This document shows positions 1 to 13,300 of a stretch of DNA of 64,000 bases, in pieces. The translations under genes were made by a program, and so were the position numbers. Where the stretch lies: the NCBI GenBank assembly GCA_040954595.2, contig CM082578.2, positions 5,438,831 to 5,502,830 of the forward strand, read 5' to 3'. Every line of letters begins with the position of its first letter. Within the stretch, counting starts at the first letter, position 1. A model generated the notes under the pieces. The model did no database searches. It worked only from the letters and a program-made list of their open reading frames with translations, and was not told the origin of the DNA. The stretch comes from Balanoglossus misakiensis. Taxonomy: Eukaryota > Animalia > Hemichordata.

Positions 1-3000
1 AGGCAATATCTGCATCCTGACTTTGTCTGACTTGTTTCTCTTGGAACTTCTTGTCATATTCATGTCGAATTCTTCCCATCAGATCTTCCAGATCATAGGA
101 CAGCTGTCAGTGTGCAAATAAACAAAAGCAGGTTAAAATTTCTACTTCCACCACTTGTGCACAAATGTCACTGCAATCACTACGACCCTGGTGCAACAAG
201 TCTTTCTCCACAAGAGGTAGAAACTTGGCATTGTACTTTTCCCCATAGAATACTGCATGTAACATTTTATGCTATTTTATTATTTCATTACTTGATTTTG
301 TTATTGTATAAAACAAACTCAAATAGCACAAATCTCATGAAATTTTATTGAATTGAAATAATCAGGCCAAGGGTATCATAGGATTGTTTAAAACTCAAGT
401 AGAAATGTCAAAGAGTTAATGAAAATTAAGTGAACCAGCACTTGTAACCTCTCACACACTATTTACATGTAGGGCCTAATTGTATCTATTCAATAAACTC
501 TGAAGAGAGTTAACTATTACATGAAAAGCTTGAGGCACAAAAACATACTGATGGTTTGAAATCTGGTGGATGATGTCTTACCTTAGCGAAATCACCAAGA
601 AGTTTTGCCAATTCATCCACTTTGCCTTCCTGTCTCAAACGACGCTCTTCCAGTTTCTTCTTTTCCAGCATTTTCTCTCTCTCATAATGGGACATGTTTT
701 TCCACACAACTTCACCATGCTGTCTCATCAGTGTATCTGTCAGCAGTTTGTCTCTGTGGCGAAAAGGAAGAAAAGCACAAAGTGTCATATAAAAGAAAAA
801 ACTTTTTCTTCTGCTGGATTAAAGTTACTACCATTGAACATTCATAGAGGTGTGCATGTGTGTGGGTGTTTTCATTTTTTCCAATGTGATGATTTTGGTG
901 TGGTTTTTATGGAGCGGACCGGGTAATGCATGTCTTCACCTAAGCCACTTTATGCATACAATGTACATGTAATGTGGGCCCACATGGAGATGCCATTTAT
1001 ATAGGCAACTGTGGCCTTTAAGGATACCCTTGCAAGTTGCTCTGTGGTTGATATGCATGTACGGTATTAACAATAGAATGTATGTTTCAACTGGATTGAT
1101 TTTTACTCCTATGGCTAAAGACATAAAAAAGGTTTACTGGTGGCTGTATACATATGGCCTCAGTCTCAACGCACTTGGTTACATCATTGTCAAGAATGTG
1201 GTGGCACTGCTCTGTGTAAAAACAAAGCTTGCAAGGTATTTTTTACCCACAATGGAGCTCAATTAAGTATTATCTTACCTCATCTTATCTTAAGATATAC
1301 GATCAAGTACCCCCACAGAAAGTTTTAAAATACTCATCCTCAGACCCTTTCATTTGTTACTTCAGCCAGTAATTTTATTTGGGGGTTTGCAAACAATTAT
1401 TCACTGATGTTAACTTACCTGATGACGTTGTATTTATTCTCCAAGGCTTGTATCAAGTGTTGTTCATCTTGGGTCAGTTCAAACGTTCCCAAGACAACAG
1501 CTGAGAGGCTATCCAGCCATTCTTCAGCAAATCCTTGCTCTTCGAATTTCTTCATTTCTGCCAACTCTCTCAGCGTCTGTAATGACACAACAGGTTCTCA
1601 ACAGGTTGTTGACAGACATGGTTTCATAATTACATGTACCAGTACATAATCATTCCTCTGCATTCGTCATTTCTGTCCTGTAGCTAGGAGTCACTTTCAC
1701 ATAATTCCTTATTCACTGACACCCAGAAATTTTGCACAACATGGTGTCTTCCGAGTCTGTCCGAGACTCAAACCCACAAACCCCCTGATTGTGAGTCAGG
1801 TCACAATGCCTTTTCAGTTCAAGATGAAAATGCAAATCACCCACCATGTAATAATTGTCCAATACCCAACTCTATTTGGCATACAATCACTGTATTGGTC
1901 TCCTCACCTTATTTTGCATGTTTGAGATAAGAAGGTTCATCTCTCTGTCTTGTTTCTGTTGCAAATCTGCCAGTACATTGGTTGACACCATGATCTCCAC
2001 TAAGTTATGGCCATTCCTCACCTCTTCACGTCTGCAAGGAGAAAAAATAGTGATGAATGAGGGATATGTCATTAGTAGTAAACATCATTTTAAAAGTATG
2101 CAATAAAGTGATCCTTGGAATTTCAATATAAATTAACTTGCCAATAAATATATTCTATAATTATGTAATGAACCATAGGTTATTGTGACATGAAGAAATT
2201 TGCTAAGGTGATGGAGGGGTTGTGATGTAGGTGAGGGGATACATACAAATGTACGCTTGCAACACAGCGGTCAAAATATGTAAGAATTGCCTACAAGACA
2301 AGATACCTATTCTTTCTGTGAAAAAAATACTGCAGGTTAATATATATTCACAGTGCATGTGCATGCATATATGTATGCATATATAGAGGAGGGTAGTAGG
2401 AGAAACGGAAGGCGGTAAAATCTCTACAACGCTGTTTCGTGAGTGTATGCATATATATGTGTATATGACTAAAATCAGAAGTGGGGATTGGCTCATTCAT
2501 TTCCTTATTGACTTGTTTTGCTGTTTGTATAGGGGAGGGGCAGCAGTAAATATCAAAGAATGAATATCAGGGTAAATGACGGAGCACATCAGTACATCTG
2601 GTTTTAATCAGATTGATGTACGTATGTGCATGCGCATGCATGCTTGTATTACTTAGTGCACAAGACATTAGTTGTTGGGTTTTTTATTTACCTATTTTCG
2701 TAGTAGAGCCCAACACCTTCCTGTAATATTCTTCTATGAAGAGAACGTTTTGACATCAAGTACTGGGACGGAGACTGTCTCCAGTTTGTTCTCTGCCCTC
2801 GCAGTTCTTTCAGCCTCTTGTCTCTCTGATCGCGTGTCAGACGTCTTCCAGCCAACTTTGCTGTGTCACTTTCCTTACTTTGTAGAAGATATATCATCAC
2901 CTGGAGTTCAGAAAACATGGATGAGACAGAACATCACGGGGAAAAGATAAAGTGGGTGATCCGTGTGTCAATGAAATATGGATAAGAATGTGCTCTCCTC

Positions 3001-6000
3001 ATGAGAAAAAATCTTGTTAAAGATTTATTCACAATTTCATGTTATTACAGGTATGATCATGAAAAAACAGGTGAAAACGATTTCAACTAATTATTTCCGA
3101 TGTTGATAAGAATCTCGCCAAGCATAGAAATTGCCTGGCATGAAAATGTTATTTTTTGTCACTGTACTGTTCTGCAGTCTACCTAATGAATGTCCTCCGT
3201 TTCATTACAACTGCTTAAGTCTAAAAGTGAACCTTATGTCATATATGTGTACACTTTAGCCAAAATTGTGTTATTATAATCCACTGCATAGTGGTGATAT
3301 TCTGGGAAAACTATTAACACTAAATCCACTCCGACCCCCTGGTGACCTATGATGTCATTTGGTTCAAAGAGTTGTCATGGAAATGTCAGCACAAAAAACG
3401 AGCATGTATTATTCATTTTACCTCTCTTTCCTGAGAATGTTTCTTTATAGCTGCTCTTACGATGTCTTCTTGCAGGTCTACAATTCCTTTCTTTCTGTTG
3501 TCAAGGCCATGCATGTCTCCAAATTGTGGAGATTTCTTCGACTTCCATGTCTGTAGACGATTCAGAGCCAGAGATTCTTGTCTGGTTCGATCACAGTCAA
3601 ATCTAAAGTGACGAATAAATATTTCTGGGTTAAATTCACCCCTTGACACACTGCTGGGGCCTTTGGTCAAGCACAGGCCCTCAGAAGGAAAAGTACAGTT
3701 ACTCAGTGTTATTTCACCATGGTTGGCACCATCTGATTGACAATGCATCATGTATTCATAGACTTACTTGTTACTTTTGTACAGCTGTGGTCTTTCAGCC
3801 AGTCCTGTAGCTGTGGTGGATATCTCAAAGGACTCTTCTATCTGAGCACACGTCTGATGACAGACTAGATGAGCATACTCTGTGATCATTTCAGCCCTGG
3901 TCAAAGTGGTGTTATTCTCCAATCTCAATTTCGACAGAAGGCTCTCTCTCTCCAGCATCTGTCTTTTATGTAAATCAATCAGTAGCTGACCGCTTGTGCT
4001 TGTACCTGGAATTGTACACAAGAAATGACACATTGATTACACACAATTCCAATGTGTCAAAATGCCTATGTCTCCAGTACAGAGGTGTGAGCAACATGAC
4101 TCGAGCTAGTACATGGCATGTGCATTTTCACCAATGTATTAGAACTCTTGCTCATAGCCTAAACCATAGAATGTGGCTGTGGATAGAGCATACTTTTGTG
4201 CAGTACATATTCTTAGGTTAGATGATTCATTTGAAACTCACCCTGAATAAGTTTCTGGTAATTTTCATGTAACATTTCATTGACTTCCTCTTCTGTTTTA
4301 CCCTCAGATAACCATTGTGATCTTTTACTCTCTTCATCAACTCTTTGGTTTTCATGGATGTGGACCAGATCTCCCATCATGGCTATCAATTTGCGTTCGT
4401 ACTCCTGTTTGGCCTCGGGAAGTTGACTAACTTTGTCCATGGCGTTGTTTTTGCGGTATTTCCTCTCCTTCACCTGAAGCTGTACCAACAGGCCTTGCTG
4501 GTCACTCTCAGACATGGTGGACCACACTGTATCACCTAGGAAACAAGATATCACGTGGCATAAAACTGTTTGCTGGCAACAGTACGTACTGAGGAATGAG
4601 ATTATTTCAAACCAAAATGTTCCCAGAACTGAGCTTTAAAGGGACAAAGTCTCTCTTTCACTGCCATTTTTCCATTAATTATGTATGATACAAAACATTG
4701 TTTATGTTATTCTACATGTGGATATATAGTGAATCAACGTTCGACCACACACAACTTCCATCCCGTTTGTAGGATGTGAGAGTAAAAATCTCGCCAAAAT
4801 GAATAAACGGTGGAGACCGATTGTTCATTTTGGCGAGTTTTTTCACTCTCGTGTCCACAAGTGGGATGAAAGTTGTGTGTGGTCGAACGTTGATTCACTA
4901 TATATCCACATGTAGAATAACATAAATGGTGTCTCGTATCAATCTATATTAATGGAAAAAGGGCAGCGAGAGAGAGACTTTGTCCCTTTAACTGACAATC
5001 CACACTTACCAACATTTCTGCGGATGATTTCCCAGAGCAGCTTCTCCCTCAATATTTCATATTTGATTTCCAGAGCATCTAAGAGGTCACTGACCCCTAC
5101 TCTGTCACGTGACTTGAACATGTCGATGTCTTCACCATTGTCAAAGATGAGTGCTTCCGCACCACCATCTTCCCACCTGTAAAAAGAGTTATATGTTTTA
5201 CAATAAAAAGATGTGAGAAGATTTCTTGTCGATCTGTCTGTCTTGGGTTGGTATGTTGTTGGTTCAATGTGTGGTTTGTTCTTTCAATAGGTAGGTACAT
5301 GTAGGTAGGTAGGAAGAGGGTAGGGGTAAGAAGTGTTGTTGTCTGTCTGTCACAGGACCCAATGAATTGATTTCAACATTCCCACATACATGTACATGTA
5401 TGTGCTCATACAACATACAATGTATGTCACATACTGATTAACTTATTTACCTGTACAGTTTTCTCTTTGCTCTTCCCTGGAACTTATTCTGATACACTTC
5501 CATTTTCTTGGTTGTTTCTGCAATGCTCTGATCATCCTCCTGTAATACAAATGAGAAAATGCCTCTAAAATGCATGGATATACAGAGTAATATGACGGGT
5601 GTTTGTGTGGTCTGATTGTGATTGATCACACTTCACATGTACATGTACTGTTCATTTTCACCATAAAATGATGATTTGTTTCCACCATCTTTCCTAGCAT
5701 TCATTTTTGCATATGCTGTACATGTATGTGACAGACTATGAAGCTTTGAAAACAATACTGACGTCCCGAGACAGAAAGAAATTACCACTTGTGTTTGTTC
5801 TTTCATTTGTTGTTTTAACCCTTTCACCACCATGGTCCAGTCCAAACCCATTGTTTCCTATGGTAAGGTTGGACAACTGGGGGTGAAAGGGTTAAAGAGA
5901 GATGGTCTTTCATCGCAGTCTTTAGTGCTCTATTCAAACATTCATTGTGGGGAATCCCTGCAACCACTCAGCTCATTCCATCTATTTATTTTGACTTGTT

Positions 6001-6846
6001 GCAAAGTCATACAGTCAATCAATCAATCAATCAATCAATCAACAAAGTTTATATAGCGCCAAACTCCAAAAAGAAATTTTGCCCAATGACGCTCATGGTT
6101 AAACCACACTGTATGCTCTTTCGAACATATGAGTTTTCAGTTTTCTTTTGAAAGTCTCCAGGTTTGTTGATTCCCTGATGTCAAGAGGTAGTGCGTTCCA
6201 CAGTTTAGGGGCTGCATAGGAGAAGGCACGACAGCTCAACACCTTCACTGTTCACAGACATCCCGTTAATCATACATACCTGGACTGCTTGGGACTGTTC
6301 ATATCTCTTGCTCTCGCATCTACGGTTCTCTGCCTCAAGCCGCTCTCTCTCCTCCTCAAACTCCGTCTCCTTCATGGAGTCGCCCGTCGGAACGCTGCAA
6401 AGCCACATCCGGATCTCGTGGAAGGATACTGGATCACTGGAGAAGTCTCGGGACTTCATGAACTTCTGCCACGTGGACATGGAGAATTTCTCCTCGTGGG
6501 TGGCCTTGAAGAGAAACAGCGCCTCCTTCACGGAAATAGTGTCGGTTCCGGTGGTGTCCAGTACTTTGAAGTCCCAGGATAACTTCTGCTCCAGGCTTTT
6601 CCGTCGCTCCATCTCCAGCAGAACCGGCAGGAAGTACTCCTGCGTGCACTTCTTCTCTCCGCACACCTGTTCCACGGCCGCCGTGACTTGATCATTGTCG
6701 ATTGGAGAGAAGTAAATTGTTTCGTGGAAGTCCTTCAGTTGCTGGACGGTCAGATAACCTCGGAATGTGGGATCCAAGATTGTGTAAATAGCATCAAGCT
6801 CCTCCTCCTCCAATGGGAGGCTGCTTTCTCCCGCTGTCAATACCAT
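1..6846 (-). CDS. Multi-exon N-terminal EF-hand protein with charged helical repeats (uncharacterised, 'trichohyalin-like'); 3' end lies beyond the window
   Basis: Phase-consistent GT-AG exons: 6280-6846, 5451-5539, 5010-5176, 4242-4535, 3768-4005, 3422-3602, 2692-2900, 1908-2031, 1419-1576, 582-753, <1-103 (~767 codons in window). EF-hand-like loops DPTFRGYLTVQQL and DTTGTDTISVKEA. Acceptor at 6878-6880 implies an upstream non-coding exon (candidate donors at 7483 and 7616). Confidence 0.85.
1751..1815 (-). mobile_element. Degenerate tRNA-derived SINE head
   Basis: Minus strand reads TGACTCACAATCAGGGGGTTTGTGGGTTTGAGTCTC, resembling an anticodon arm plus box B (GGTTCGAGTC); no intact cloverleaf; intronic. 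Confidence 0.35.
4640..4987. mobile_element. Palindromic (foldback) Kolobok-like MITE with TTAA TSD
   Basis: TTAA|AGGGACAAAGTCTCTCT...AGAGAGACTTTGTCCCT|TTAA (TSDs 4636-4639 and 4988-4991). The arms are complementary almost to the centre (~4812), including a long perfect stretch TTTATGTTATTCTACATGTGGATATATAGTGAATCAACGTTCGACCACACACAACTT. Confidence 0.9.
5819..5891. mobile_element. 73-bp piggyBac-like MITE
   Basis: TTAA|CCCTTTCACC...GGTGAAAGGG|TTAA; CCC...GGG ends with a TTAA TSD are piggyBac hallmarks. Confidence 0.8.
6015..6235 (-). mobile_element. 5'-truncated L2/CR1-clade LINE 3' end
   Basis: Minus strand encodes RAFSYAAPKLWNALPLDIRESTNLETFKRKLKTHMF (typical L2/CR1 ORF2 C-terminus), then GGCGCTATATAAA and a (TTGA)n tail at 6015-6042. 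Confidence 0.85.
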
Positions 6847-7479
6847 GGCTGGACGGAATCCTCGCTGTCAATATGTTCTGTCAAAATAAAAATTATTTAA
6901 CCACTAAATTATTTTAGGGTATTAGCATACCACAGCCTCTTTACAGCAACAGCCAATGCGTTGCCAGAAGTGACTGTGGTTTATTTTGCACAGTTTCAGT
7001 GCTGTCACAACGGACCCCCCCCTATTATCCCCCCCCCCCCCTCACCACCACCACCCCCGACTGAAGAAACTGACCTTACATTTACAAATATTATTGTTTG
7101 ACAAGAAACTCGGTCCTGGTGCCCTGTGTTTCTCATCTGCATGTCCTAGAAGGTTCAATCTCCAACCTTTTAATGACTTATCGGCATTTTAACCCATCTC
7201 TATCCAGTCATAAGATTTAGAGCAAGACAGTCGCTAGATATGCGTCTCACGTCATTGGTGTCTTTTGGTAAACACACTGTTTCTAAAAATAGCGCCATCA
7301 TCCTTGTCGACTTTCACAAATCACTTGTTGAGTACGACAAGCAGCCCAATCTATTACACGTATACGTTATTGGAGTTTAACAGTTAAGTATTTCACTTGC
7401 CTTTCGCTTTCAAAGTACCATGGGCGGTGCTCTAGTACATAACTCCTTCACAGGTGGTGTTAAAACTTGTTAAAATCTT

Positions 7480-7790
7480 CTCACCTGGGCCCTTAGATCC
7501 CAGATAGCTTGCCTATGACGTAAAGGTAACCAGGGACCTCCTAGCCGACTAAAAAACCCACCATGTTTGCCTTTGCTTTTAAATTCGAAAATGCTGAGGA
7601 AGATTTCTTTTTTTTACCTGGTGGTTCTGTGCCCTTCCGAATGAAAAAGTTTTAATTTATTTTTGAAAATTCTCAATTTTTTTGGTAATCATTGCTATAA
7701 ATCAAAAATATCAAGTGACGTTCTGATTAGGTGAACCTAATAATGGTGCGATTAGGGAGTCTATCATGTTGGTTTGTGGGTAAATATGGC
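7480..7790. promoter_or_regulatory. Putative bidirectional promoter between the EF-hand gene and C1orf74
   Basis: Head-to-head arrangement; TGACGTAA (CRE-like, ~7516), GGTAACCAGGGAC (X-box-like, ~7526), CTGATTAG near 7723, YY1-like ATGGCGGC at the C1orf74 ATG. Confidence 0.5.
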
Positions 7791-8577
7791 GGCGCACACG
7801 GATGTAAACACGGGAGAATGGGACCGGAACATTCGGAAGTATTTGCCAAAATCGTGTAGGAAAAAGCGAATCGAAATAATGAATAACATATTGGCAGTGG
7901 CGGAAGGCATCAAACCAAGTTTTTTGTTCGATTTTGCAATGGTCGATGCGAAAGCCCTCCAAACATTTCTCGATAGCCACGAGAGAACTCTGGATCTGAA
8001 ATGTCTTCTGCTGCACGGAGATATATTTGTGTACAACCCAACTGCAATGGTGGAACATTTGGATTCTTCGCTTTATAAGAGCGATAATTTTCTCGTCGAT
8101 GTTTCTGGCGAGCTACGGCAGCCCCAATTTGTTCACGCAGATTGCCACCGGCTAGTTTTGCAACATATATTCCAACTGCGAGAATCTCTACGCGAAGTTG
8201 AAACTGACTGTATCAAAGACATGTGCCCTCTTGCGGATGAATGGAACATACCTGCGATGTTTGGCGTTCTGTTAGGCTATCCGGTCATTTACTGGGACAA
8301 CACTCAAACTGACGGACTTGCAAATTGTCTAGGAATGGTCCCATTAGTAGTTCATAAAATTTCTACAAATTTAAAAATTGATCAGAGTGTGAATTTGCCT
8401 GTCCCAGACTTGACGGAAATCTACTCATTCAGTGTGCCAGAATGTTTCACACCAGTACTCGAAGAACGCATCAACGACTGGAGATTTACTATTGAACAGA
8501 AAGTGGCTGGCAGTGAAGTCTTTCATAGAAGTCAATATAGTCAATTAACTGTTTGCTTGCCAACAGTTATGTTGTGA
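7786..8577 (+). CDS. C1orf74: UPF0739 protein C1orf74 homologue, single exon, 263 aa
   Basis: Uninterrupted ORF; first ATG at 7786 (the track starts at a TTG). Family-like motifs ILAVAEGIKPSFLFD, WNIPAMFGVLLGYPVIYW, NCLGMVPL, IYSFSVP and C-terminal TVCLPTVML. Confidence 0.85.
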   Translation: MAAHTDVNTGEWDRNIRKYLPKSCRKKRIEIMNNILAVAEGIKPSFLFDFAMVDAKALQTFLDSHERTLDLKCLLLHGDIFVYNPTAMVEHLDSSLYKSDNFLVDVSGELRQPQFVHADCHRLVLQHIFQLRESLREVETDCIKDMCPLADEWNIPAMFGVLLGYPVIYWDNTQTDGLANCLGMVPLVVHKISTNLKIDQSVNLPVPDLTEIYSFSVPECFTPVLEERINDWRFTIEQKVAGSEVFHRSQYSQLTVCLPTVML

Positions 8578-8601
8578 TTGACTGTAAACAAGAGTGACAA
8601 C

Positions 8602-8667
8602 CAAAGGCAAACGATTCCCACTGACTTTAATAATCAGGCTACAGTCAGTGGGAATCGTTTGCCTTTG
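8602..8667. mobile_element. 66-bp MITE, 25-bp perfect TIRs, 8-bp TSD (P- or hAT-like)
   Basis: GTGACAAC|CAAAGGCAAACGATTCCCACTGACT-16 nt-AGTCAGTGGGAATCGTTTGCCTTTG|GTGACAAC (TSDs 8594-8601 and 8668-8675). Confidence 0.9.
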
Positions 8668-10337
8668 GTGACAACTGTTTGAATTGAATTGAATTTGAGA
8701 ATGGTAAGGGCCTATCTACACCATGAATAATATTACTGGTAAACCGAAACAGAAAAAAAGATTTGTCTTTCATCCATGATTCTACAGTAATTGGGATTGC
8801 ACCCTTTTGACATTTTAAGGGATGTTATTTTGTAATGCATAATTTGTGGTGCATTTTCAGCTTTACCAAATCTAAAAGCTGAAGTTTTGACCTTGAAAGT
8901 GCAGGAAGTGCACTGCAAATACCCAATAGTATTATTTTCATTGGGACTGTCGTTGGGCTGATCCAGCACGCTAGCATGCAAGAAAAGCTGTTGTCCTATT
9001 CGACCATTTATCCCATTCAATTCTTGGCATAAGCATTTTCACGAGCCAGCTGTAAAGAGGTTGTGGTTTAGGACAAGGGGATCAACTTTGATGAAATATT
9101 GATCCAGTGCTGGCAACTTTGCCATTGCTAAACATGCAATGAAGTACATGTACACTGTACGATATATAACTGATTTCAATAAAAAGAAGATACTGTATTT
9201 GAATTTTCCACTATAAAAATGCATTTATTGAACTGAGGATTTACAGCTTTCTGGTTCTTTGTAGAGTGTGTGCGTAGAAAAAAAAAAGATTGCAGAGTAG
9301 AAAGTCGACAAAGTGCAGGATCTTTCAGAGCATCTCTGCTTTGATGTCGAAAATATAATTATTTAAACCGTGTCCAGTTGGCCATGACAACACTTTAATA
9401 TTAGCACCAGGTTGTGTTCCAATCAGAGGTTTTGCGTGAACATATTCAAATGCATAAATCCCACATCGAGTAGCTTTCATTTCTGCAATGGGGAATGCAG
9501 TGGGTCAGACAGACGACAGACAATCACCCTGATCTGATAGGCTTTGAGTCGCTAACAGCAGACCAAAAACTTCTCAAACACAGTATTAAAATTACTTTTT
9601 ATTTGTATTTTTCTATTCATTTTTCATGAAACAGGATCACAACTGTACAAAGATATGGGTAAATTATGATGCCTTTAAAATGTAATTACATTTGCTTTTT
9701 GTCTTTTCATATTGATAAAACATCTTTATGTTCAACAAAAATAACAAAACCATTACAAAAAGTGAAAAGTACAGTCATAAATATAGAAATTATTCCACTA
9801 AAAGATTCCTGTTCTAGAACAACTTATGTTTGCTGATCAAAACAAGATGTGTAAAAAGAAGATTATGTGTACATGTAGCAAGTTAAAGTTCAGTGAAAGG
9901 GCATTGCACTAAGATACCAACAGTTGAAAATCCGTCTTTACGAGTTGCCACCCCCCATCAGAAACATTCCCCTCCCAAATTCACAGTGGTACGGTCCACA
10001 TACCCATACGAAAACATACAAATGTTGTACACCAATAATGGGTTTTAGGAGTGTTGGGTACCACGTTACACGCTTATGAATTTCACACTTTAAAACTATC
10101 AGCTGGGGAAATATGAAATTAAGCCTTTATCTACAATGTTCTTTTTTGCAACATTTTGAAGACAGTACAATCAGGAACAGGTGTCCGTACATCATGTCAA
10201 AAATCAGGTGAAAAATTAAAGCCTATAGCATATGATAATCTTCCGAAAGCAGAGAAACCCTGCAAACTGGCAACAGACATCAACAAGCAGAATGAACAAT
10301 ACTACAATGTACAGTTTTCAAAAGAGGGGCTAAAGTT

Positions 10338-13300
10338 TTAGAGTTCTGAACGCATGTGTTTGGGTTTGAGCTCTTCGATTCTTCGAACGAAATCAGTCTT
10401 CTCAGCACAGCCTCTGCAAGTCTCACCCCAGTCATTCAAAATCTTCTTAAGGTCTTTCACTTTGAGCTTCTTCAGGTCAACAGTGTTCAGGTCGATTTGT
10501 TTTTCTGGAAATGAAAATAGGATGTTAATGCAAGGATAAGATAATTCAGAATCATCATCATTATAATAATTGTCAAGAAATCTGCAATGATTTCTTCAGA
10601 GTTCAATAATCTCAATGAATTGTCTCAATTTGACAGTTGGTCATTCATGGACTTGCCATAACCCTCATTGCGGGAAAAAGTGACTGCAACAGACTGACAG
10701 TACACAGTAATATTGATGAACAGAAGAAAAAATATAATTTATGTAGCATTTTTAAAGTTTGCAAAAACCGTTGTGACAACAGCCATCACCTGATTTTTTG
10801 TGGCAAACTGGTTCATGACTTTCTCACACAGGTAGAACCTGACCGCATTTGCAATTACAGTGAGAAATTGAGAAACGTTTCGAAAAAAGAGCACTCAGAG
10901 AGAGAATATAGCCGATTTTTAAACTGTGCTGGTACATGTATATTTAGAAGAATAAAAAATAACATTACAGGATTCACCCATAGGTCCAATACAAAAGATT
11001 TTATTACCAACTACTGAACTCCCCCTTACCAACTTGCCCTTTTATCTAGCAACAACTGACCCCTATCCACCTGATACATACGCAACTTACCATATTTAAG
11101 TTCACAGATCTGAGAATCTTGTTTCTTGAGTCTCTCGCATATCTTTTCTGCTGGTAGGTGACTCATCAATGGCTGACTCACTTCACCCAGAATGCTCGTG
11201 GCCGCATCCTCTGTTCCTCCTAAGTAGTAGCACTGTCGAGACACACAAGAAATTCATTGAAATTTGATCATGTAACCATAGATACCAGCCATCTTCCTGA
11301 CTCAGAACCATCCGATTACAGATACCCATGTGTACAATTTCACACACACATGTATGCAAAAAGTATAAGCTTTGTCCATTGAGCTAATGCAATACAAAAA
11401 CTCCAAATGTTTCAAATATGGAAACTTTATAGTATTGTAAATTATTATTGTTCCAGTGGAACTTTGTTTTATTTTTCTGACTGCCACGTGTCCAGAAATA
11501 AAACATCCAAAATACAGCTTCTACCTCAGACTTTGTTGAAAAATTAAAAGTACAGTCTATCGCACTAGGAATTTTGATATTCATTGTGTTACATCTAGGG
11601 GCTGATAAAACCATGATGTCCCCATCAAATTTATAATATCTCCTGATAGAGTAATAATAGAGTAATAACACTCGTGGGGTAATATTTGTGATACTAAAAT
11701 TACTAAAATTTATGTATAATTGAAGATGATGCAATATAGCATAGAAATGCAAACTGTTGAAGCTTTGTATATTTGTCCAACTTTTGCTTTCCACAGAATC
11801 CACCACAGTGTAAATTTCACCATGGATACAACGACTTGGTATTATCCATGATTTGACACACTGCAGGTATGATAAAGACATGGCACTCAACTACCCACCA
11901 ACTCTCTCAGTGTATAATACATGCTATAGTTATTCAAGTAAGTGTGCACATCGCTCTCCAATGTGAGATCCCAAAATTACATTTATGAAAGTATGATATG
12001 GAATACAGCTGATGCAGTGTTCTCTTATTTTCAAACTGACCTACAAGAGCCTTTTTTCCGTCAGACCTTGTCTGGGTTTATTTTAGGAAAAATGGCTTTT
12101 TCACTTCTACATGTACAGAAAAATTGCTTTCTATCTGTCCACCTTCCACATAATTTCAATTTCTAAAAGTAATTGAATCCCTCAAACATATGGTAATATT
12201 TCATAAATTCTGCTGTAAAACTCCATTCATTATACATGAATAAATTAAACAGGGCAAGCAGATGGTCTAAAATCAACAATAGGCACATTATTGTCAATAA
12301 AGCCCTGCCACAACAAAAACACATGGTTGCTGTATTACAACCAAACATATGTAAAATGGTACTTACAAATCTATTTTCTTTATTTTTTGCTGTTTTGCAG
12401 TATTTCTTAAACTCTGTTTCGATTTTATCTTTGCTCTTTCTTACGTCATTTGATAGTGACTTATCAAAATTCTTGAGAACTTGGATACAAACTGTAACGA
12501 AAGATGAAAAAGTAAATTATGATCACAATACAGTGATATTCATAACATGCATCCAATATTATTGTCCTAAAGTATTGAAATCCTGAACCTCTTCCAATAC
12601 GTGCTCTGAATTCGGATATTCAGTGCTGAAGTCAACAGGTAGATAGGCAATCATACCACATTGGTAACATACAGTGGTCGTGGTGAAGTGGTATTGAAAT
12701 TCTAATGTATGTCAACTCATGCCAGTCAGGCGGTGTGTTCCTTCACTTCTTGGTTTGTTCGTACAATATTGTGCATGGATTATACAAAGTATGTCTGACA
12801 CTAGCAGTAAGCTGCAATGTTTTTGTAGTGGTGGGTGCTGCTAGGTTGAAGATTTGTTGGCATGGCTGTGAACAAATCGTCAACCTAGCAGCACTGGCTA
12901 CACTCATTGCAGCTAGCCTGACACAACAGATTGTAGATATGTACAATGTACATGTATACCAATGGTTTCTCAGAGGGGCATATATTATGCACAGCTGACC
13001 CTTTGTTTATTTTTTTTCCATTAAACAGTGAATACAGAAAAATACTGAGAAATCCCCAAGTGAACAATTACGGGCCTTTATACAGACTTTGTGGATGATT
13101 TTAAAAAGACATAGCAAGAGGGAAATTTTATGACCAATCAACAATTTTGACTGGGTAGCCAAGCAAAAAAAATGTGCGCAGCAAACTAGTCTGGTCTGTA
13201 CATTATGTGTGCAAGAATACTACACACCAACACAAAAATACAAGGAACAAGTCCCGCTATTACGAGATTGAAAGAGAAATGCACCGTACATTTTGAAATT

